A program made the translations under genes and the position numbers. Positions 8,650 to 18,229 of a stretch of DNA of 27,578 bases are shown one piece after another. The stretch covers positions 1 through 27,578 of the forward strand of contig JBJTQJ010000024.1 in the NCBI GenBank assembly GCA_046075565.1. The letters are read 5' to 3'. Within the stretch, counting starts at the first letter, position 1. Every line of letters starts with the position of its first letter. The notes under the pieces were generated by a model. The model saw only the letters and a list, made by a program, of their open reading frames with translations, made no database searches and was not told where the DNA came from. Source of the DNA: Verrucomicrobiales bacterium (GTDB taxonomy: Bacteria; Verrucomicrobiota; Verrucomicrobiia; Verrucomicrobiales; SLCJ01).

Positions 8650-9642
8650 TCACACCAATCCATTCAATGCCCGGCGATATGGCGATGGCATGGGATGGTC
8701 GTCTAATTCCGACAATGGGATCCAACTTTCATCCGGTCCCAGCTTTACAATCCCGCCAGCGCGGTAAATTCGCAAGCGCACCTTGTAGCGAGTGATGCTG
8801 TAAGTTGTCTCCAAGATCAGCGAACCCTCATTCACTTCCTTTGCATCGCGTTCGGGCAGTTTCCACAGGCCATGTCGGCGGCGTCCGGTTTCGCGGTGCA
8901 GTAGGATCCTGCCGTTCTTTAAAGCGAGAATCGCCGTTTCCTCCACCTCCGTGATCGCGGGGCGGGGTTTCTTCATCGGCAAAGCTTCCGGATCTTTATC
9001 TCGCGACACACACCAACGGCCCACCGGACAACTTTCACAATCGGGATTCCTCGGCAAGCAGATCACCTGGCCGAGTTCCATCAATGCCGAGCCAAAGGCG
9101 CGTCCACCGGAGTTCGGAACCATCGCGGCGGTGGCGTCGTGGATGGCTTTCGCTCCGTTTGCGCTATCCACCGGTTGACGGTAGCCAATCCAGCGCGCCA
9201 CCACGCGGATGACGTTACCATCAATCACCGGGACGGGGGCATCGAAGGCGAAGGCGGCCAACGCCCTGGCCGTGTAGGGACCGACACCGGGCAGCTTTTC
9301 CAGTTCCGCCACCGTAGGAGGAAATTTTCCGCCGTGCCGCTCGACCACCGCTTTCGCCGCCTTTAGCAGATTGCGTGCACGGCTGTAGTAACCCAGACCT
9401 TCCCACAAACGAAGCACATCCGTTTCCTCGGCTGCCGCGAGAGTCGTGACATCGGGAAACCGGTTCATCCAGCGGTCGTAATATCCGCGATCAAGCACGG
9501 TCTGGATCCGCGTCTGCTGCAGCATCATCTCGCTGACAAGGATGGCATACGGATCGACTGTGCGGCGCCACGGGTAATCGCGGGCGTGGTCGCGGAACCA
9601 GTTCAACAAAGCGCGTATCGCGGCGGGCGGGGGTGGCTTCAT
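8650..9642 (-). CDS. mutY: A/G-specific adenine glycosylase
   Basis: RDYPWRRTVDPYAILVSEMMLQQT, WEGLGYYSRARNL, HhH LPGVGPYTA, DGNVIRV, 4Fe-4S motif CLPRNPDCESCPVGRWC. Confidence 0.95.
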   Translation of the reverse strand: MKPPPPAAIRALLNWFRDHARDYPWRRTVDPYAILVSEMMLQQTRIQTVLDRGYYDRWMNRFPDVTTLAAAEETDVLRLWEGLGYYSRARNLLKAAKAVVERHGGKFPPTVAELEKLPGVGPYTARALAAFAFDAPVPVIDGNVIRVVARWIGYRQPVDSANGAKAIHDATAAMVPNSGGRAFGSALMELGQVICLPRNPDCESCPVGRWCVSRDKDPEALPMKKPRPAITEVEETAILALKNGRILLHRETGRRRHGLWKLPERDAKEVNEGSLILETTYSITRYKVRLRIYRAGGIVKLGPDESWIPLSELDDHPMPSPYRRALNGLV

Positions 9643-11174
9643 CCGAGGATCCGTGCGAGGGCGTCGGGACCGACTTCGCGGCAGGCGCGGATCGGTCCAT
9701 CGTGCGTAGCGGTCATGCCTTGCAACCGAGCGCGCAATTCCTTGAGCCCTTCTGCATTTCCGGCTTCCATGCCAACAAGGGCGCGTCCGACACGTTCACC
9801 GGTATTGGCGTAGTTGAAATAACAGAGGTTCGCCACATCAGCAACCCGTTCCATGAACCCGAGAAAAGCTCCCGGGCGCTCGGGAAATTCGATACGCACA
9901 AAGAGGGGCGAGGCGAAGAGAGCGGGGGAGTAGTTGATAATGCGGTAATCGACGTCGTCACTGGTTGTGACCTCCTCGTGGGCAATGCCGATGGAATCGA
10001 AATACGCGTCCATGGCTGCGAATTCCTCCTCGCCGGCCTGCAGACCGAGCACCGGATGCGAAACATTCTCTCCGGTCTTGCCATATTGCACATCGAAGAT
10101 ATCCACCTTCGGAGGCAAGCCGCGCAGGACGCGCACGAGGGCGCCTTTTTGCTCCGGCATGGGAAAGCGGATCCACTTGCGCGCACCCGCGCCGCCACCG
10201 CGCCGTGCGATGTTGGCAAGTTGAGAGAAGTCCATGTTCGCACCGCAGAGAATGACGAGCACCCGATCCTCAGGCCCGAGTTCGCTTGCTTGTTGCAGGG
10301 CTCCGGCAAGTCCCATGGCACCAGCCGGCTCGGGAATGGCGCGACTCGCTTCCCAGAGTTTGCGCACGGCCGCGCAGACCTCATCGTTGGTCACAGTGAT
10401 GAACTCGTCGATCAGTTCGCGACAAAGGGGAAAGGTCAGGCTTCCGACCTTGCGCACGGCGGTGCCATCGCAGAAGACATCGAGGTAATCGAGTTCGACC
10501 GGTTCATCGGCCGCGATGGCGGCCTTCATCGATGCCTGTTCGATGCCTTCGACGCCAATTGCTCGAATTCCGGGATAGTATCTTTTGAGCCAGCAGGCGG
10601 TGGCCGCTGCCAGTCCACCACCACCGATCTGCAAATAAACATGTGTGAATGGCCCGTGGCCGCTCATCACTACTTCGTCGGCCAGTGTGCCCTGCCCGCC
10701 CATGACCGCGAGATCATCATAGGCATGAACATAGACGCAACCGGAGGAAAGCGCTTCCGCGCGTGCAGCCGCCGAGGCGGCGTCGTAACTGTCCCCAGTG
10801 AGGATGACTTCCACGGCTTGCCCGCCGTGGCGGGCGACCGCCTTTTGTTTCATCAAGGGAGTTGAGCGCGGCATGAAGATGCGCGCTTTCGTGCCAAGCA
10901 AATGGGCGGCGCGGGCAACGCCCTGGGCGTGATTGCCGGCCGAGGCGGTGATCACACCGGCTTCACGTTCGGCGGTCGAGAGCATGGCCATGCGGTTGTA
11001 GGCCCCGCGCCACTTGTAGGCCTGGATGGGCCCGAGGTCTTCGCGTTTCACGAAGACTTTCGCCCGCAGCCCGGGGAACTCCATTTCCTGCAACGGTGTG
11101 GGTTGGCCGGCCGCATAGACGCGCCGCCGCGCCATCAGGATTTCCCCGAAAAGTTGCTCCTCCATTTCGCTCAT
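9639..11174 (-). CDS. ilvA: Threonine ammonia-lyase (biosynthetic type) with C-terminal regulatory domains
   Basis: [59 protein letters not shown]. Start ATG 11174 overlaps the namZ stop (ATGA). Confidence 0.9.
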   Translation of the reverse strand: MSEMEEQLFGEILMARRRVYAAGQPTPLQEMEFPGLRAKVFVKREDLGPIQAYKWRGAYNRMAMLSTAEREAGVITASAGNHAQGVARAAHLLGTKARIFMPRSTPLMKQKAVARHGGQAVEVILTGDSYDAASAAARAEALSSGCVYVHAYDDLAVMGGQGTLADEVVMSGHGPFTHVYLQIGGGGLAAATACWLKRYYPGIRAIGVEGIEQASMKAAIAADEPVELDYLDVFCDGTAVRKVGSLTFPLCRELIDEFITVTNDEVCAAVRKLWEASRAIPEPAGAMGLAGALQQASELGPEDRVLVILCGANMDFSQLANIARRGGGAGARKWIRFPMPEQKGALVRVLRGLPPKVDIFDVQYGKTGENVSHPVLGLQAGEEEFAAMDAYFDSIGIAHEEVTTSDDVDYRIINYSPALFASPLFVRIEFPERPGAFLGFMERVADVANLCYFNYANTGERVGRALVGMEAGNAEGLKELRARLQGMTATHDGPIRACREVGPDALARILG

Positions 11175-12394
11175 GGATAAATCAGATACGGCTTGCGGGC
11201 ATTGGCGAAGGACTTGTGAAGCCCTTGCCATGAGGCCACGATCTTGGCGGGCGAGACGCCCTTTTCCAGCCAGCTCGCGATATCGTCACTGCCATAGCAC
11301 TTGAACCAGATGTCGCGTTTGTCGCCGGTGGTGCGGCTGACGAGGCTGGGCGAACTGAGGCGGTTGGCGTAGCTCATCAGATAGACATTGGGCGCCACGA
11401 TGTCGCCGGGCGCGCGCGGGTGGATGCCGAGTTTCACTCCATTCCAACCGTCGTTCGAATACGGTTGGAAGTAGATACCGCCCATACCTGGTTGCTGGCG
11501 CATCCATGCGGTGAAGGAGGAGGCATTCGCTCCACGAGCACCGGCATAGCCGAAAGGTGATGCGGTTCCGATGCCGATATCAACTCCGGCCATGCTGCCA
11601 TACAGTCCGGTGGCAGCATAATAAAATGGCGATGAGGTATTGGGAATGTTCGGAGAGGTTGCGATCCAGCGCAGGCCGGTATCCGACCAGACCATTTCGC
11701 GCGACCAACCGGCCATGGGAATGACAGAGAGTTTCGGGCTCGCGGCCAGCCACTTTTTCGCCGCCGTCATCCGAGCCAGTTCTCCCGCCGTCATGCCATG
11801 CACGTAGGGCACGGGCACTTGCCCGACAAAAGAGATCCATTTTGATTCAATCCCGGGGCCATTGATGCGGTTGCCGCCGAGCGGGTTCGGGCGATCGAGC
11901 ACGATGAAGCCTTTGCCATTTTCCGCGCAGGCCTCCATGGCCCGGATCATCGTGCTGATGTAGGTGTAGCTCCGGCTGCCGATGTCCTGCAGGTCGAAGA
12001 GCACGACATCAACGTCCGCGAGCATCGCCGGGGTGGGTTTGCGGGTCGGGCCGTAGAGCGAATGTGCCGGCAGCCCGGTCACCGCGTCTTTGCGGGTGGC
12101 GACATACTTTCCGGCCGGAATCGTGCCATCAATCCCATGCTCCGGGGTGTAAAGCGCGGTCAGGCGCACGCCCGGGGCTTTTTGCAGCACGACCCGCGTC
12201 TGGATGCCCCGGCCGTCCCGGCTGGTGTGGTTCGTGATCAAACCGACCCGCATGCCTTGGATGGGACGGAATCCCTGGCCCGCCAGCACATCGATGCCGA
12301 GTTGCACCCGTTGTTGCGCTTGGGCTGGAAAAACGGCCCCGAGGAGGGCGCACCAAAGAATGACGGGAATTGTGAAGAGGGGGTTGAGTTTCAT
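11171..12394 (-). CDS. namZ: Exo-beta-N-acetylmuramidase NamZ (DUF1343), secreted
   Basis: Signal peptide; RVGLITNHTS, PEHG, SLYG..RKPT, FDLQDIGSRSYTYIST, VLDRPNPLGG, HGMTAGELA, TSPNIP. Confidence 0.85.
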   Translation of the reverse strand: MKLNPLFTIPVILWCALLGAVFPAQAQQRVQLGIDVLAGQGFRPIQGMRVGLITNHTSRDGRGIQTRVVLQKAPGVRLTALYTPEHGIDGTIPAGKYVATRKDAVTGLPAHSLYGPTRKPTPAMLADVDVVLFDLQDIGSRSYTYISTMIRAMEACAENGKGFIVLDRPNPLGGNRINGPGIESKWISFVGQVPVPYVHGMTAGELARMTAAKKWLAASPKLSVIPMAGWSREMVWSDTGLRWIATSPNIPNTSSPFYYAATGLYGSMAGVDIGIGTASPFGYAGARGANASSFTAWMRQQPGMGGIYFQPYSNDGWNGVKLGIHPRAPGDIVAPNVYLMSYANRLSSPSLVSRTTGDKRDIWFKCYGSDDIASWLEKGVSPAKIVASWQGLHKSFANARKPYLIYP

Positions 12395-12425
12395 GTCGGG
12401 TAGAGTTTACATTGCCCGTCAACGC

Positions 12426-13520
12426 ATGGATACAAGATTTCTCGGCCAATTCTTGCTTCTCGGGTTGCCGGGCCCGGAACTGGACCGTGCCACCCAACGG
12501 GTGGTGCAAGATTTGCAACCTGGCGGGTTCATTTTGTTCTCGCGCAACATCGAGGATACGAGGCAGGTCCGGGAGTTCACCGATACCTTGCGGAAACTAT
12601 GCACCTATGAGCCCATCGTTTGCATCGATGAGGAAGGCGGGCGCGTCTCAAGGCTCGGGAATCTAGGGGTCAGCACGCCTTCGCCCGCTACCTTGGCCGC
12701 CGCCGGTGACCCAGGTTTCATCACCATGCATGCCCGGGTCTCCTCATCCCTTCTCCGGCTGCTCGGCATCAACCTGAATCTCGCCCCTGTTCTAGATTTT
12801 TCCCTCGGTTCCGACGAAGCCGATGGCACACTCCGCCAGCGTTGCTGGGGCGATGAATCGCAGGCCGTCATCGGGCACGCCCATGTTCTGATCTCGGAGA
12901 TCCAGAAAAATGGTGTGCTCGCCTGCGCGAAACACTTTCCCACCTACACCGGCGCGAGGGTGGATCCCCATGACGACTTGCCATCCATCAAAGGCGACTT
13001 GGCTTCGATGAACTCGGCCTGTGCCGCTCCCTACCTCGCGCTGGCCGATCAGCTCGCGGCCGTGATGACCGCGCACGTGCTCTTGCCGGATATCCCGGAA
13101 ACGGCCGGCCAGCCCGCGAGTCTATCGCCCGCGATCGTCAATGGTTTCCTGCGCAACCAACTCGGCTTCGACGGTCTGGTCATGACCGATGACCTCGACA
13201 TGGGCGCGATCCGCAACCGCCGGGGATTGCCAGAGGCCGCCGCCGAAGCCATCCTTGCGGGCAACGACCTCGCCATGATTTGCCATCATCCCGAGGAATC
13301 CTTTGCGGTTCGCGAACGCCTTGGCAAACTTCCCCATGCGGTGCTCGAGGATGCCCTGCTCCGGATCGAGAAATTCCGCAAGCGGATGCCTAAACCCATC
13401 GCCTTCCGTCAGGATCGTTGGGATGCCGCCATCAAAGAGGCCGCCGAACTCGTTGAAGAAGTCGCGGGTCATTCTTCCGGGGACACTCCCTCGGGATTCT
13501 CCGCCGTCGAAACCTATTAG
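12426..13520 (+). CDS. nagZ: Beta-N-acetylhexosaminidase (GH3)
   Basis: GGFILFSRN, IDEEGGRVSRL, NLAPVLD, KHFP...DPH, MTAH, PASLS, MTDDLDMGA. Start ATG 12426 chosen. Confidence 0.8.
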   Translation: MDTRFLGQFLLLGLPGPELDRATQRVVQDLQPGGFILFSRNIEDTRQVREFTDTLRKLCTYEPIVCIDEEGGRVSRLGNLGVSTPSPATLAAAGDPGFITMHARVSSSLLRLLGINLNLAPVLDFSLGSDEADGTLRQRCWGDESQAVIGHAHVLISEIQKNGVLACAKHFPTYTGARVDPHDDLPSIKGDLASMNSACAAPYLALADQLAAVMTAHVLLPDIPETAGQPASLSPAIVNGFLRNQLGFDGLVMTDDLDMGAIRNRRGLPEAAAEAILAGNDLAMICHHPEESFAVRERLGKLPHAVLEDALLRIEKFRKRMPKPIAFRQDRWDAAIKEAAELVEEVAGHSSGDTPSGFSAVETY

Positions 13521-13528
13521 CCATCATC

Positions 13529-14233
13529 ATGCTCCCATCCCTTACCTCCCTGCTCATTCTCCAGGATCGCGATCACACCCTGCGGGGACTGAAAAAGGAT
13601 CTTGAACGTATCCCTGCCGAAATCGCCCGCGCCCGAACACGCATGGAAGGCGTGACCACCGCGCTCGACAACGCCCGCAAGGTTCTGAACGAGAACGAAC
13701 TGGCCATCCGCAAGATCGAGATGGATGTGAAAACCCGCCGCGATAGCATCCAGCGGCTCCACCTCCAGCGCTTTGAAACGCGCAAAAACGAGGAATACAC
13801 AGCCATGGGCCACGAAATCGAAAATTACGAGGGTCAGGTGCGGGGACTCGAAGACCAGGAACTCGAATACATGGAAAAAGCCGAGCAATTGAAAGCCTCG
13901 CTCGCCGCCGCCACCAGCGAACACTCGAAAGTGAAAGTCGAAGTGGAGGCGGAGATAGCTGCCTTCGGGAAACGCAAGGAGGAGGAGGAAGGACGAATGC
14001 GCGAAGTGGAAGTCGAACGTGCCAATGCCGCCGCCGCCATGACAGATGAAGCGGCTCTCGAGCTTTACGAGCGGCTCGCCGTCAAAAAGTTTCCTCCCAT
14101 TGTGCCCCTTGAGGCCGGCGATATCTGCGGGGGATGTCATGTGAAACTTACCGGCGGCACGGCCGGGGAGGTGAGGCTTGGCAAACGCCTTGTCTCCTGC
14201 GATCATTGCGGACGCATCGTGTATTCCACTTGA
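13529..14233 (+). CDS. Coiled-coil C4-type zinc-ribbon protein (DUF164/CT398-like)
   Basis: Long coiled coil with LLILQDRD and NEEYTAM..EI, then CGGC...CDHCGRIVY. Confidence 0.85.
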   Translation: MLPSLTSLLILQDRDHTLRGLKKDLERIPAEIARARTRMEGVTTALDNARKVLNENELAIRKIEMDVKTRRDSIQRLHLQRFETRKNEEYTAMGHEIENYEGQVRGLEDQELEYMEKAEQLKASLAAATSEHSKVKVEVEAEIAAFGKRKEEEEGRMREVEVERANAAAAMTDEAALELYERLAVKKFPPIVPLEAGDICGGCHVKLTGGTAGEVRLGKRLVSCDHCGRIVYST

Positions 14234-14238
14234 AGACC

Positions 14239-15510
14239 ATGTCGTATTCCCCCACATCCTATCAGAAACGCGTGCTCTGGAACGCGGTCACCGGCCTCGC
14301 CCTCGTCACGCTGGGATCTCTGGTGGTCGGGCTGATCCTGCTCGCGGCCTATGTGATCAGTTTTCTCCAGCCGGTCTTGATTCCGGTGGCCGTGGCCGGG
14401 ATTATCGCCTACCTGCTCGAGCCTCTCGTCCGGCTGCTCATCAAACGCCACATCCCGCGGGTCCGCGCGGTTCTTCTTGTTTTCCTCGGCTTTTTCGCGT
14501 TCATCGCCATTACCGCGGCCATCGTTGTGCCGCGCACCTATACCCAAGCCGCCGGCTTGATTGGCCAACGCGAGCAGATCTACAACACGGCGAAGTCGAA
14601 GGTGGTCGAGTATTTCAAGGACAAACCAAACCACCCGGTCGCGCAGTGGTTCGCCAGCGGTTCGGATGCGAATGGAGAGCGCTTGCCCAGCAAGGCGGAA
14701 GTCTGGCTGCAGGAAAATGCCGGCAATCTGGCCCAAGGGGCATGGGATATTCTCGCCCGCGGGTTCCGGGGCTTCGCATCGGTGCTGGGTATCATCATCG
14801 GTATCTTCCTCATACCGATTTATCTCTGGTATTTCCTCATCGAAAGCCGGGCCATCCAGCGCGGGTGGGAGGAGTATATTCCCCTCCGGGCCTCGCGTTT
14901 CAAAAGTGAATTCGTCGGCACGCTGAAGGAAATCAATTCCTACCTCATCGCCTTCTTCCGCGGGCAGATGCTCGTGAGCTGCATCGACGGGTTGGTCGTG
15001 GGCATCGCACTGACGCTTTTCGGTCTGCCCTATGCACTGCTCATCGGTATCTTCGTTGCCTTGTTGGGGTTGTTGCCCTATGTCGGAAATCTTATTTGCT
15101 GGATTCCCGCCGTTCTCATTTCGCTCGCCCACTTCAGCGTGCCGGAGAACCAGCATGCATGGCTCGGGTCCATGTCGTCGAACGTCTGGATCTATCCCGT
15201 CATCGTGAGCGTCATCTTCGTCGGTGTGCAGCAGATCAACAGCTTCGTCACCGCACCGAAGATCGTCGGCGATTCGGTTGGCCTGCATCCGATGACCGTC
15301 ATCTTTTCCGTCTTCTTCTGGACCTTGCTGTTGGGTGGAGCTCTCGGAACCTTGCTGGCAGTGCCTTTGAGTGCGGCCGTCAAAGTTTTGTTCCGGCGGT
15401 ATATCTGGGAGAGAAAGCTCAACGAGCCGGTTCCGACCGAGGCAGCCGCTGCGCCGGCACCCGTTGCTCCAGCGGTTGCTCCGGAGAGCGGTCCCACGCC
15501 AGCATCCTGA
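14239..15510 (+). CDS. AI-2E family transporter
   Basis: PVLIPVAVAGIIAYLLEPLV, FFRGQ, LPYVG, PKIVGDSVGLHP, LAVPLSA; multiple TM segments. Confidence 0.9.
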   Translation: MSYSPTSYQKRVLWNAVTGLALVTLGSLVVGLILLAAYVISFLQPVLIPVAVAGIIAYLLEPLVRLLIKRHIPRVRAVLLVFLGFFAFIAITAAIVVPRTYTQAAGLIGQREQIYNTAKSKVVEYFKDKPNHPVAQWFASGSDANGERLPSKAEVWLQENAGNLAQGAWDILARGFRGFASVLGIIIGIFLIPIYLWYFLIESRAIQRGWEEYIPLRASRFKSEFVGTLKEINSYLIAFFRGQMLVSCIDGLVVGIALTLFGLPYALLIGIFVALLGLLPYVGNLICWIPAVLISLAHFSVPENQHAWLGSMSSNVWIYPVIVSVIFVGVQQINSFVTAPKIVGDSVGLHPMTVIFSVFFWTLLLGGALGTLLAVPLSAAVKVLFRRYIWERKLNEPVPTEAAAAPAPVAPAVAPESGPTPAS

Positions 15511-15517
15511 GGAATGG

Positions 15518-15543
15518 CCACCTTGGGGGGTGGAATTTTTTTT
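15518..15543 (+). terminator. Possible intrinsic terminator
   Basis: CCACC/GGTGG stem followed by AA and T8 just after the AI-2E stop. Confidence 0.4.
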
Positions 15544-15597
15544 GCAACTCGGGAAAAGCCACCGGGTCTGGATCGTTGCGAACCCGCAAATCCAACC

Positions 15598-16302
15598 ATG
15601 AAAACCATCACCATTACCACCCTGCTTGTCCTTGGAGCCCTCAGTCTGGAAGCCGGCCCATTCCGTCCTCGTGGCGGCGGTGCCGCTGCTCCCCGCGCTG
15701 GAGGCGTTGCGGCCGCGCGTCTTGGCGCGGTCGATATGTCTGAACTCGCCGCCAAACGCGACAAGTTCGATAGCTTCCGCCGTTATGTCCTCATGGGAAC
15801 CGGCACCTACACCAAAAAAGACTACCGGCTGCTCCGCCAGCATGTCGAGATCTACACCGGTATCGAAGTCGCGACGAATGGCGAACGCCTCGGCGAGGAA
15901 GAAGCTGAAAAATTCATCGATGAACTCCTCGCCATTGGGGAAAAAGCGAGCGCGGCCCGTGGCGAAGCCGATGCCCTTTCCGCCGAAGCGGCCAAGGAAG
16001 TCGCCGCCTCCCTTGAAGACCTTGCCAAACGCGCCCGCACCGCGGCCAGCAATAAGGTGAATGGTGCGGTGCTTACCCCGGACCTCAATCGCTCGCAGTG
16101 GAACATGCGCTAGTTGGTGCGCTTCGGGAAAGCGGGTGGTCTCAGCACCTCCAAGGTTTCATCCCTCGACCGCCAGTTGGACGCACTCCTGGCCAAGGAA
16201 GATCGGGCCAAGGAAGATGGCAAGCTGACGGATCGCGAACGGGAAGATCTCTTCAAAGATGCCCACGAAATCTGGCGCGACTTGATCAAGGCCATCGTCT
16301 GA
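15598..16302 (+). pseudogene. Secreted alpha-helical hypothetical protein interrupted by one in-frame TAG
   Basis: Signal peptide MKTITITTLLVLGALSLEA. TAG at 16111-16113 is followed in the same frame by 62 further codons of similar composition, ending at TGA just before a terminator. Confidence 0.6.
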
Positions 16303-16327
16303 TACGCTGACGACTGGATCGTGTATT

Positions 16328-16367
16328 CAAAAGGGACCGGAGGCTGATACCCAGCGGTCCTATTTTG
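16328..16367. terminator. Probable bidirectional terminator between convergent genes
   Basis: CAAAA-GGGACCG...CGGTCCT-ATTTTG imperfect hairpin with A and T runs on both sides. Confidence 0.55.
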
Positions 16368-16385
16368 TTTCCCTCTGCTATCATC

Positions 16386-17591
16386 TCACTTCGCTTTTCT
16401 TAGCTCCGCAGACAGTTTCTTCCAGAAGGGAAAAAATCCGGCGCGCGCCAGCGGCCAGATTCTGAGGTCCCATGACCTATGGACTTCATGCCACGTGATC
16501 CCTGAATTCGAGAGTTTCGCGCGGATCCGCTTCTTTTGGTCACCCAATGGTCCAGTCGGTATGTAAGCGCTTACGACATCATTCGTCCCATGCGCCTGCG
16601 CCGATGCCATCAACTTTTCCGCCACCTCAGCTGACTCCACGTTTTCGATCCGGCAATTCCATCGCCTTTGCGCGCGGGCCGCCCCATCTCCGACGGCGCC
16701 CTCCAGCCAACCCCCGCGAAAGTCGCCGGGCACCATGCCATTCCCCGCGAGAATTCCCGCGACCTGAAATGATTCAGGCAGCCAGGATTCGACCGATAGG
16801 TCCTCCGGATGAATCCACAACAAAACGGGTCCTTCAATATCCGGCAACTCGGTGGATGTTTTTCCGATATCTCGAAGGTCCGGCGGAAGCGACTCCATGG
16901 CTTCAATCGGTGGATCTTCGCGCGGTTGAAAAAGCCCGAGGGCTTCTTCTCCCCTGGGAATGCCCGTAACGTCGAGGTAACGAGCGAGATTAGAGGCGCG
17001 GGTTAGGTAGCATTTGCCCGGCGTCTGCTGTCCGGCCACCCATCGCCACGAAAGTGTATTCGACGCCGCGTCCGCATCGAGCAGATGATCTATGAAAAAC
17101 TTTGCTCCCAGTTGCCAGGGCAAACCAGCCTGATGAACCCACCAGCCGGCGAACCACATCCGCGCATGGTTGTGCAGGTAACCGGTCTCGCGCAACTCCC
17201 TCATGAAATGATCGATGATTGCATTTCCGCTTCCCTCTTTGAGGATGGCATCGGCTCTTTCGCCCTCCGGAGTTTTTCGTAAATCCTGCAGTTCGCCAAG
17301 GTATTGGTCCCAGACCGAGGGGCGCATCTCCAGCCAGCCTTTCCAGTAGGACCGCCAGCAAACCTCCTGGAGGAATTTTTCCGCGACCGCAAACGGGTAA
17401 ACCTCCAGCACCCGCGACACCACTTCTTCTTCCGAAATCAACCGATGTCGAATGGCCGGGGACAATCGCGAAACCGCACCATGTCCGGCTCGCACATGAT
17501 TCCTTTCTCTCGCGTAGTCGGGAATCCGCGGGAGAAAACTTTCGAGATGCCGGATGACTCCGGCCCGGTCGTTGGGAAAAGCAAGATTCAC
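16386..17591 (-). CDS. Photolyase-family protein with N-terminal FAD-binding domain (inverted domain order)
   Basis: YARERNH..VSRLSPAIRH, KFLQEVCWRSYW, LRETGYLHNHARMWFA and LLDADAASNTLSWRWVAG all lie in the first ~190 aa; C-terminal alpha/beta region (LLWIHPEDL...GFFPFW). Confidence 0.8.
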   Translation of the reverse strand: MNLAFPNDRAGVIRHLESFLPRIPDYARERNHVRAGHGAVSRLSPAIRHRLISEEEVVSRVLEVYPFAVAEKFLQEVCWRSYWKGWLEMRPSVWDQYLGELQDLRKTPEGERADAILKEGSGNAIIDHFMRELRETGYLHNHARMWFAGWWVHQAGLPWQLGAKFFIDHLLDADAASNTLSWRWVAGQQTPGKCYLTRASNLARYLDVTGIPRGEEALGLFQPREDPPIEAMESLPPDLRDIGKTSTELPDIEGPVLLWIHPEDLSVESWLPESFQVAGILAGNGMVPGDFRGGWLEGAVGDGAARAQRRWNCRIENVESAEVAEKLMASAQAHGTNDVVSAYIPTGPLGDQKKRIRAKLSNSGITWHEVHRSWDLRIWPLARAGFFPFWKKLSAELRKAK

Positions 17592-17632
17592 CGGAGCCGA
17601 TACGCTGGCCGGCTCCGGTGGGATGAATTGTC

Positions 17633-18163
17633 TCAGGGTTCAGCGCCACCGCCCGTCGCTTCCTGCATGATTGCCATGATGCGAGGGGTGAGTGCTTGGC
17701 TCTTTTCCTGTGCGAACGCCATGATCTTCGGCTGCAATTTGCCCACTTTCTTGAAGTAGGCTCTCGAGTCCGGATTATCAAGAGCCTTGACGACACCTTC
17801 GAGTTCCGCGGCCGAGAAGGTATCCGCATACGCGCTGATCATATGGTCCTTCACTTTGTCCCAACCCATCTCGGCGAGCATGAGGTCCTTCACTTTTTGC
17901 ATGCCTTTGGCCATCTTTGCCTTCATCTCGGCGGGCATTTGTTCGGCTTGGGCTTGCATTGCACCGTCGAAACCGTGGACCAAGGCAGCTTCATACTGCT
18001 CGGCCGTGTCAGTTATCTCGAAGAGCTTCTCGACCAAGGACTTCTGTTCGGGGGAAACGGCCGGAGCCGCGACCGCGGGCTTGGGTTCGCCTTCGGCACG
18101 CAGGCCAACGGGTGATAAAACAAGGCTGGCAGCAAACAGGGAATAGAAGAGTTTTGATTTCAT
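17633..18163 (-). CDS. DUF2059-like secreted protein
   Basis: Signal peptide MKSKLFYSLFAASLVLSPVGLRA; YADTFSAAELEG motif. Confidence 0.65.
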   Translation of the reverse strand: MKSKLFYSLFAASLVLSPVGLRAEGEPKPAVAAPAVSPEQKSLVEKLFEITDTAEQYEAALVHGFDGAMQAQAEQMPAEMKAKMAKGMQKVKDLMLAEMGWDKVKDHMISAYADTFSAAELEGVVKALDNPDSRAYFKKVGKLQPKIMAFAQEKSQALTPRIMAIMQEATGGGAEP

Positions 18164-18229
18164 AGTCTGTGGTCCGCGAACTGACGCGGAGACCAATGGT
18201 AATGGCCCGGAGTGGAAATCCAAGTGGAA

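Noticed and set aside
14203-15843. 546-aa antisense ORF, and similar long shadow ORFs at 9633-10865, 21494-22639 and 1703-2686
   Set aside because: Antisense to well-supported genes, as expected in GC-rich DNA; no motifs.
3945-16113. Genome-wide TAG reassignment suggested by two internal amber codons
   Set aside because: Only two internal TAGs among more than 25 genes, none in housekeeping genes; nagZ and the Fic antitoxin end plausibly at TAG; the Fic frame also has a TGA.
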